The notes beneath the pieces were generated by a model, which did not search any database, had not been told where the DNA came from, and saw nothing but the letters and a program-made list of their open reading frames with translations. Below are positions 45,173 to 51,721 of a DNA stretch of 51,721 nt, piece by piece (within the stretch, counting starts at the first letter, position 1; each line of letters opens with the position of its first letter). The position numbers and the translations under genes were made by a program. Origin of the DNA: Clostridia bacterium (GTDB taxonomy: Bacteria > Bacillota > Clostridia > Christensenellales > UBA1242); assembly GCA_017444785.1 (NCBI GenBank), contig JAFSVX010000025.1, positions 1 to 51,721 on the forward strand, given 5' to 3'.

Positions 45173-47794
45173 CTAATTTTCAAATATTTCTCTAACAAGT
45201 TCGCTTGCAACAATCTTTATATTTGTCCTTTTTGCAGGACCTGTGATAAAGAATGCACAACCTCTTGGTAGATTAACGATGTTATCACTTTCAGTTTCGT
45301 TTATTTGTCCAGCTCTTTCATAAAGAGTACACAAGTCATTCATATCATTTGGTGCAAGTGAGAAGATGAGTGAATATTGGCTAACATTGATTATGGCTGA
45401 TGATTTTCTCGCAATTTCAGGACTACCGACAAAGTCCTTAACATTTTGAGTAATGACAATTTGCATTCCATCATATTTTCTGATTCGTTTTGCAAGGTTG
45501 TACATAAAGTCCAGTGCTATTGGGAACTTTTCATCAATAAACACATGGGCTTCGTCAATTGCTATTATTATTTTTCTACTGGTGTTGTAGAGTCTGTTGT
45601 AATCCCTATTTCTAATGACTTCGTTATCAAGCCATTTAAGGACTAATAGCATTTGAGCATTTGCTAAAACATTGTTTTTATTTGCTAGTAATTTTTGAAA
45701 ATTAAAGCATATAAAATTCTCTTGTGGAGCAAATGTTGTGTAGCCATTCCATAGTGCCGAATTTCTTCCACCTTTTCTAAACTTGCTAAGGTAATTTGAT
45801 ATGGTTTTTAAACAAGATTTATTGTATTCATCTGTTTCTTGATCAAGCTTCGCATCAACAATGTTTGCCAAGTCTTGAAAGATTGGATAGTCCTTTGGTG
45901 TTAGCGAAGTTAAATCAGTTTTTTCTGTTATGTGTTTTTGCCTGTATGTTTCAAGTATTAATTTGTTTAGAAGTTCCAAGCTATCTGCATTAATTCCAAC
46001 TAATATCAATCTGAAGAACTCTTCCAAGAATTGCAGATGTGCATAGAATGAGTTGTTTGTTCCATCGGAGTTTTCATCATCCAATGAATCAATAATTTGA
46101 AATGGATTTATAATTCCATCTTTACTACTTGAAACATCAATTGCTGTTCCGTGCATATTTCTTGCTAGATTTGTGTACTCGTTTTCAGGATCAAGTATGA
46201 ATACTTTTGAATTATCACTTGCTAGCCCTGTTAGTATTGTTTTAGTTGCAAATGATTTACCAGATCCTGATTTACCAATAATGATCATATTTGAGTTTAC
46301 TCGTTCATCATCTCGTCTGAAAAAGTCAACAAAGGTTGGTAGTTTGTTTTCTCCAATAAGAATACCTTGCTCATCTAATATCGCATTGCTAACAAATGGG
46401 AAAGCAGAGGCGAGAGAGGATGAGTTGAGACCTCTTGAAATGTTAAGTTTGTTTTCTTTGCACACCTGACTTGCCATATAGCCATCAATTTGTCTGCCAA
46501 ATAATTCTGTAAACTTGAAACCCATTTCTCTTAATTTTCTTCTAACAAATCGTTTGTTTGTGGTTTGTTTAACATCGTCATAAGCAGTTATTACAAGTGT
46601 AGCATCAAAGAATGCTTCATTGTCATTCTGAAGTCCAACGAGTGTGCTTTGTAAACTTGTTAGGTGTGTTTCTTTATCAATTTGAAAACTTGCTTTTCCA
46701 AGATCTCTTTGACTAAGCAATTCATTTATTGCGCCATCAATTCGTTTGATGGCTTTGAGCTTGTCCACTGGGACAGCTTTTAAAACAACTTTTGTGTTTG
46801 GCAAATCAAATAGTTCTTGAGCCCATGCATTTGGGACTTGCAAAGGATAGTCCGTTATTGCAAAATGCGTTAACTGTTTGTTGTCTTGTATGACCTTTGA
46901 TGCTTTGAAACTTACTACATCCGGAACGGATAAACTTATATAATCTTTTGGTTGTATCTTTTCAAAATCTCTTTCATCAAAGTTGTTTGTGTATGAGTAT
47001 TTGATAAATAGGGCTAATTCTTTATCATTCAACTGTTTACTTTCAAGATTATTATTGTTAAGTGAGTTTTTTATTAGATTTAATGATTGCTGTAAACTTT
47101 GTCTATCAATGTCGTGAAGCACAATGTAATATACACTTGTTAAAACTCTTTCATTTGAGTTTAATCTGTCAACAATATTGATTCTATCTTCTAGAACTAA
47201 AGCTCTTGATCTGAATTCATCTTCTGATAAATTCTTGTTTTCATTTGCAAGTATTAAGTCCTGCATTTTGTTTAATTCATTTGATATGTAGTTATCAAAA
47301 ATTATTGGTCTTTCAAGTTTTACAATGTTTATTTCTTGATATATTCCAACATTTTTCAGTATTGTTGAAAGCACTCCATCAATAAAGTAATTTTGTTTTG
47401 ATTCACTTAACATATTGAATTCAATAGGTTTTACTTCAATTACTCCTGTGAAACCATTTACTTTTTGTTTTATGATATTATTCTCAATTTTCTCGTATGG
47501 AACTACACTAGCAATATTGGATCTTCCGTGTTTATTTCTTCTAAATGTTTTTTTAGAGAATGCAAATTTCAATCCATAAATCATTGCATTATATAGTTTT
47601 ATTTCTCCTATTGGAATAAACAATGGAGCAAACACCATAAGAATGACAATTGCAATTATAAATTTATTTGGTAGATTACTTGATACTGCTAGTGCTAAAA
47701 AGCCAAGTCCAATAACTGCTAAAATAACATCGGCAATAGTAATTCCTTTATAAAATTGAAGTTTGACCTTTGTGTTTTTAGGTATGATTCTCAT
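45173..47794 (-). CDS. VirB4-like conjugative T4SS ATPase with N-terminal VirB3-like TM segment
   Basis: 873 aa with two N-terminal TM helices, Walker A IIIGKSGSGKSFATK and Walker B IIIAIDEAHVF. Confidence 0.85.
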   Translation of the reverse strand: MRIIPKNTKVKLQFYKGITIADVILAVIGLGFLALAVSSNLPNKFIIAIVILMVFAPLFIPIGEIKLYNAMIYGLKFAFSKKTFRRNKHGRSNIASVVPYEKIENNIIKQKVNGFTGVIEVKPIEFNMLSESKQNYFIDGVLSTILKNVGIYQEINIVKLERPIIFDNYISNELNKMQDLILANENKNLSEDEFRSRALVLEDRINIVDRLNSNERVLTSVYYIVLHDIDRQSLQQSLNLIKNSLNNNNLESKQLNDKELALFIKYSYTNNFDERDFEKIQPKDYISLSVPDVVSFKASKVIQDNKQLTHFAITDYPLQVPNAWAQELFDLPNTKVVLKAVPVDKLKAIKRIDGAINELLSQRDLGKASFQIDKETHLTSLQSTLVGLQNDNEAFFDATLVITAYDDVKQTTNKRFVRRKLREMGFKFTELFGRQIDGYMASQVCKENKLNISRGLNSSSLASAFPFVSNAILDEQGILIGENKLPTFVDFFRRDDERVNSNMIIIGKSGSGKSFATKTILTGLASDNSKVFILDPENEYTNLARNMHGTAIDVSSSKDGIINPFQIIDSLDDENSDGTNNSFYAHLQFLEEFFRLILVGINADSLELLNKLILETYRQKHITEKTDLTSLTPKDYPIFQDLANIVDAKLDQETDEYNKSCLKTISNYLSKFRKGGRNSALWNGYTTFAPQENFICFNFQKLLANKNNVLANAQMLLVLKWLDNEVIRNRDYNRLYNTSRKIIIAIDEAHVFIDEKFPIALDFMYNLAKRIRKYDGMQIVITQNVKDFVGSPEIARKSSAIINVSQYSLIFSLAPNDMNDLCTLYERAGQINETESDNIVNLPRGCAFFITGPAKRTNIKIVASELVREIFEN

Positions 47795-49166
47795 CAGATT
47801 TCTCCTGTGGTTTTATTGGCTTTTTTAGTGATTGTGCATGATTAAATAAAGTGTCGCCTTTAATCACATTGTTAACTCTTGGCACAAAGTTTTTGCCCAT
47901 TCCAACAATTCCACCATTGGCAAGGTCTTTCATCATGCCAATAGGAAGTGTTGCTATTCTTGAAGGCATCTTTGCATATCTTGACAGCTTGCTTGGATTA
48001 TCCATTGCTTCAACACCTTTACTAACGGGGGATGAGAAAGTGCTTTTCATTCCACCTGCGAATCCACTAGACTTATTTTGATCCATAAAGTGTTTGCCAC
48101 CAAGAATTGCTCCACCAATACCCATAGCTGTTGCACCGACAGCTCTTGTGATATTTTTGCCAGTTCTCATATTTGCAATGAGTTCTCGAGTTTCACTGCC
48201 ACCTGCGTGACTGCCTGTGAGGTTGGCTATAACTATGTTTGCTTTTGTAACAGCAAACGCTCCACCGATAAGGAATAGAAGTTGCACAATTCCATTTTTG
48301 AAAGCATTACCAAAGAATGCTATTTTCTGAACTTGTGGTATGATGATGAAGAATAAATTCATTGAGAGGATTATTCCATACGCTCCCAGCACTTTTCCTA
48401 TCATCATTTCTTTCCATTGCTTAAACCGTTGTCCATCGTCTGTTGGGATAGTGGACACACTTATCGGCGACACTATGTAAAGTAAGATGATGTCAAAAAT
48501 CCTTTGTATAAAACTTATTGAGCTCATGACGAACATTACTAAAATTACAAGTCCACCAACTATTCCAATAAAGAAATCTAAATCTCTTATTTTGTAATAT
48601 TCTGCGACCACATCTTTATTGTTGTAATCGAGTTCGCCAGTTATAAATTTCAGTTCAATTTCTTCTCGTTCGCTCGGATCTCCAATGTAGGCATAATATC
48701 CACTTGTCACTAAAATCTGACCACCGATTGTTGCTTCTTGACCAGATTCTAGCGTGTATGGATTCATTGCTGTATTGACAGATTTTACTACTGTATTTGA
48801 CAGTGCAATTCCTGATATCAGGATGAATGGAACAATAAGGAATATCATAAAACTTTGAAATGCTTTGCCCATTATTAAAGTCTTACTTTTCTTATTTTCT
48901 CCATTTGCATATTCGCTTCTTATGATTGCAATTATTACGAACATAATCAGCAATGCAACTGCTACAAGCATGACGAGTAAAAATGATTTTTTGACCTTGT
49001 CAGAAAGTAAAAAGTTTGATAATAAATCAGTCCTTTGTCCATTTATTTCTACGGGATCAATACCTGCCAACATATAGAAAATTTCTTTTATGAAATCGAT
49101 AATATAGCAGATTGTTTTTTGTATTCCGTAGAACAAATCAAAGATCCAATTAGTTAACCAATCCAT
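47778..49166 (-). CDS. Polytopic membrane protein, candidate VirB6/TrbL-like channel subunit
   Basis: 462 aa with at least 6 predicted TM helices and a Gly-rich C-terminal region. It lies immediately upstream of VirB4 and overlaps it by 17 nt. Confidence 0.5.
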   Translation of the reverse strand: MDWLTNWIFDLFYGIQKTICYIIDFIKEIFYMLAGIDPVEINGQRTDLLSNFLLSDKVKKSFLLVMLVAVALLIMFVIIAIIRSEYANGENKKSKTLIMGKAFQSFMIFLIVPFILISGIALSNTVVKSVNTAMNPYTLESGQEATIGGQILVTSGYYAYIGDPSEREEIELKFITGELDYNNKDVVAEYYKIRDLDFFIGIVGGLVILVMFVMSSISFIQRIFDIILLYIVSPISVSTIPTDDGQRFKQWKEMMIGKVLGAYGIILSMNLFFIIIPQVQKIAFFGNAFKNGIVQLLFLIGGAFAVTKANIVIANLTGSHAGGSETRELIANMRTGKNITRAVGATAMGIGGAILGGKHFMDQNKSSGFAGGMKSTFSSPVSKGVEAMDNPSKLSRYAKMPSRIATLPIGMMKDLANGGIVGMGKNFVPRVNNVIKGDTLFNHAQSLKKPIKPQEKSDENHT

Positions 49167-49169
49167 TGT

Positions 49170-49688
49170 TTACTCCTGCAGGAAGATGACTAAACTATCA
49201 AATTGAAATGGTGATAAATTGTCATCTTCATTTGTTTTGATTTCTTCTACTTCAATGTAAAATTCAGTCGTGTAATTACATTCAATTGCTTGTTCAAAAA
49301 ACATAGCGACATCTCTTGTTTTTCCACTTGTGAGTTCTACGGTTTTTGTAGACAAATTTTCTTCTTCAATGTAAGTTGTAAATTTCAGTGTGCAATTTTT
49401 AGAACTTCTAACAATAAATGCAACGCCTTTAATTTGACAACTCTGTCTTAAATAAATATCTAATTTGCAGTAAGGTTTGCTTTGAATACTACTATTAAAT
49501 TCTGTGTTATCCACAAGAGTTCTCATCTGATAATAGGTTGTGTTTCCCATGTTGTCTTGTGCATCAACACCGTCAAATAATTCACAGTATTGCTCCTCAG
49601 AAACTACTCCTGAAACGCATCCTGTAAAACTAAAAATTGCAATTAAAATAAGAGAGAGTAAACCGATTATTTTGAGAACTTTTTTCAT
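49170..49688 (-). CDS. Lipoprotein
   Basis: Signal peptide MKKVLKIIGLLSLILIAIFSFTGC with a lipobox Cys, 172 aa. Confidence 0.7.
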   Translation of the reverse strand: MKKVLKIIGLLSLILIAIFSFTGCVSGVVSEEQYCELFDGVDAQDNMGNTTYYQMRTLVDNTEFNSSIQSKPYCKLDIYLRQSCQIKGVAFIVRSSKNCTLKFTTYIEEENLSTKTVELTSGKTRDVAMFFEQAIECNYTTEFYIEVEEIKTNEDDNLSPFQFDSLVIFLQE

Positions 49689-49702
49689 TTAATTTTTCCT
49701 TA

Positions 49703-49993
49703 TTATGATATCTGAGTTGATACCCAGTTTTGTAAAATTGGCATCAATACTTTTAGTCCTACGATCAATACGAAGATGACCACAAAACCGATAATGGCTC
49801 CGATCAAATCTTTCTTTGCTTTCTCTCTCGATCCTGCTTCGTCAGCCTTTGCAAGCTTAACTCCAAGTATGATGCAATAGATTGTTCCTATTGCTCCGAC
49901 TAGCCCAATGGCTGGCCACAAAATAGCATTAATAATTTCTAAAACCGGTGATGTAACTGGTGTAAAATCAACGGCAGCAAGTAAACTTTTCAT
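49703..49993 (-). CDS. Small two-TM protein, candidate VirB2/TrbC-type pilin-like subunit
   Basis: 96 aa with two hydrophobic helices separated by a charged loop (KADEAGSREKAKKD). GGAGGA RBS. Its position is upstream of the channel and ATPase genes. Confidence 0.45.
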   Translation of the reverse strand: MKSLLAAVDFTPVTSPVLEIINAILWPAIGLVGAIGTIYCIILGVKLAKADEAGSREKAKKDLIGAIIGFVVIFVLIVGLKVLMPILQNWVSTQIS

Positions 49994-50090
49994 TTATAAA
50001 ATATCCTCCAAAATTTGTTATTTATCTCAATCAATTTTGAAGTTCTTATAAGCAAATTACTGCACAAGTTAAAGTGGGTTTCCCACTTCT

Positions 50091-50211
50091 AGCAGGGAGT
50101 TAGAGGTGCAACAAAAATGTATCGCTCATTTTATTGCTGTAACAAAATACTGCCGGTATTTAGGGACTTTTAGGCACTAAATCCGTATTTTGTTGCAACT
50201 CTTTTCCTGCT
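50091..50211 (-). other. Highly structured intergenic element (function unknown)
   Basis: The long-range interrupted stem pairs 50091-50099/50203-50211, 50102-50105/50199-50202 and 50107-50116/50188-50197. An alternative 12-bp helix pairs 50139-50150/50185-50196. Inner hairpin at 50156-50184, and an extra hairpin AGTGGG-TTT-CCCACT at 50073-50087. Confidence 0.6.
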
Positions 50212-50245
50212 TAATTAAAGATTTAAGAGAATACGCCTCAAAAAT

Positions 50246-51721
50246 CTATTTTTCTTCAATACTTTCAATTTCTTCAGTTGTTTCTTCTGTCGTAGTTATT
50301 TCTTTGCTTCCTTTGTAGAATCCTTTTCTATTTTTCACGAGGAATATTATAAGAATAACTACTATTGCAAGCATTCCACCAAAGAGTGCAATGGTGGCAC
50401 CGTTGAACGAATAAACAATTGTAAATTGATATTCTGTTTGGTTGCCTGCTTGGTCACTTACTAGCAATTTATAACTTCCAGCATTTGTCATTTTATCTCC
50501 AACATTGTATTCAAATTCTTCGCCATCAGCCGATGCTTGAATGTAGATTGGAGTTTCAGATGGGCTTCGTGTTGACACTTCATTTTTTGTAAAACCACCA
50601 TTTTCAACGCCCACCAAAACTAAGGCAGGTGGAGTCGTGTCAATACGCAATTTGAAGCTGAAATTTTTGATTTGTGATTTATCAAAAACGGTGACTGTGT
50701 ATTCAGCTTCATCGACTAAATAAAGTGTGTTGTCTTGTATGTCAAGAGGGATAATTTCATCGTTCATTTGTATCTCAATTATCTCCACACTTTCATCTAA
50801 TCTTTTCTCAATTCTTCCAAGTGGTGTATTCAAAATTGTGAAGTCAAAATATAATTGATTTCCAATTTCATCTGTAAGAATAAATTCATAAAATCCATCG
50901 TCATATAAGATTTGCTCAAAGTTATAATCTATCTTTTCTTTGTTCCTGTACATATCAATTTTAAGTTCTTCTTTGGCAATGACTCTGACGCCACCATTTG
51001 AAATTCCACCCTTGAAAGTGTTAATATCAAACATTATTTTATTGTCAATTTGGAAGTTAAATTTGACATAATTTCCAGCTCTGTCTTGAACAATGACTTC
51101 GTATTTTCCGTTCAGTTTTATCTCAGTGCCACTTGAATATGCTCCCTGTGAGACGCCATCACGGGAGATGGTAGAAGTGACATTTTCTTCATCCCAAACG
51201 ACCTGAACGAAGTCACTTGTTGTGCCATTATTTTCCACTCCAATTAGAGAGGCAATGGGACTTGTTTTATCAATTTCAAATTCAAAATATTTATTGTTTC
51301 CAAAGTCGTCATATATCCTTACAAGATAGTTACCCTCGTCATTAAAATATGTTCCAAATGAGTAAGGATAATTTTCAGAATCTTTGGTTATCTCGATGTG
51401 TAAATCTTCAAAGTTTACGATTACAAGGCTTTTATTTGTGTACCTTATTTCTTCAATAGTTTTCTCAATATCTTCTTCATAGATTTTAAAGTCTAGTGAT
51501 TTATCTATTTCAAAATATTTGGTGTTTTGGTTTCCTAATTCATCTGTGAGTGTGATTCTATAAGCTCCCTCAATGGTCAAAACTTGACCATTATTATATG
51601 CCTTTTCATCTCCATCATTTAGACTGTAAATCGCTTTGTATCCACTTTGAATTTCCCATCTTGCAAACACATCACTTGAGGTCGTTCCATTTTCATCTAC
51701 GCCATTAAGTGTAAATTCAGG
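50246..51721 (-). CDS. Ig-like-repeat surface protein with C-terminal TM anchor (5' end outside window)
   Basis: The frame stays open to position 51721 (PEFTLNGVDENGTTSSDVFARWE), so the GTG at 51670 is not the true start. There are six ~75-aa repeats with D.(A/L/F)GN....F.F.ID motifs. C-terminal TM ATIALFGGMLAIVVILIIFLV. Confidence 0.75.
   Translation of the reverse strand, partial: PEFTLNGVDENGTTSSDVFARWEIQSGYKAIYSLNDGDEKAYNNGQVLTIEGAYRITLTDELGNQNTKYFEIDKSLDFKIYEEDIEKTIEEIRYTNKSLVIVNFEDLHIEITKDSENYPYSFGTYFNDEGNYLVRIYDDFGNNKYFEFEIDKTSPIASLIGVENNGTTSDFVQVVWDEENVTSTISRDGVSQGAYSSGTEIKLNGKYEVIVQDRAGNYVKFNFQIDNKIMFDINTFKGGISNGGVRVIAKEELKIDMYRNKEKIDYNFEQILYDDGFYEFILTDEIGNQLYFDFTILNTPLGRIEKRLDESVEIIEIQMNDEIIPLDIQDNTLYLVDEAEYTVTVFDKSQIKNFSFKLRIDTTPPALVLVGVENGGFTKNEVSTRSPSETPIYIQASADGEEFEYNVGDKMTNAGSYKLLVSDQAGNQTEYQFTIVYSFNGATIALFGGMLAIVVILIIFLVKNRKGFYKGSKEITTTEETTEEIESIEEK

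Larger units (their letters stand above)
36977..51721. mobile_element. Integrative conjugative element, integrase-proximal part (continues beyond the window)
   Basis: Tyrosine integrase plus Xis next to the broken tRNA. These are followed by a methyltransferase, ArdC-like protein, DUF3846, VirB4-like ATPase, polytopic membrane protein, lipoprotein, pilin-like protein and adhesin. All lie on the minus strand with overlapping stops and starts. Confidence 0.85.

Overview
AT-rich 51.7-kb window that looks like a low-GC Bacillota anaerobe using the standard genetic code. Positions 1-36000 are origin-proximal core chromosome. This part holds two ABC exporter genes, rubrerythrin, and parA/soj-parB/spo0J followed by three perfect parS palindromes. 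It continues with cvpA, a yyaC-like gene, ftsH, a GNAT, ychF, uppP, an orphan ABC half-transporter with degenerate ATPase motifs and a dCMP deaminase. Next comes a 3089-aa membrane-anchored giant protein built from ~211-aa modules (three near-identical 633-bp tandem copies) plus about eight C-terminal Listeria-Bacteroides-type repeats. The core region ends with DUF1846, an Rrf2-nifS-nifU cluster and an nrdD-trxB-nrdG class III RNR operon whose NrdD carries a C-terminal thioredoxin-like domain. Positions ~36460-36976 hold three tandem 5' halves of tRNA-Arg(CCU), the first two with near-consensus promoters, and all are broken after the same CCTCCTAAG anticodon-loop core. From 36977 to the window end lies the integrase-proximal ~14.7 kb of an integrative conjugative element (ICE), entirely on the minus strand as one tightly coupled operon. 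It encodes a tyrosine integrase, Xis, an orphan DNA methyltransferase, an ArdC-like zincin, DUF3846, several small acidic proteins, an LRR protein, a VirB4-like ATPase, a polytopic channel protein, a lipoprotein, a pilin-like protein and an Ig-repeat adhesin. The best candidates for something new are: (a) the tRNA-half array; (b) a peptide-level conserved C-terminal K-rich-(S/L)DEEM tail shared by the integrase and three small ICE proteins; (c) the anti-defence-like accessory island; (d) a ~120-nt structured element with mutually exclusive helices in the only sizeable intergenic gap of the transfer operon; (e) the giant modular surface protein. No rRNA, intact tRNA or CRISPR array was seen. 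All domain calls come from reading motifs by eye, and no database search was possible.
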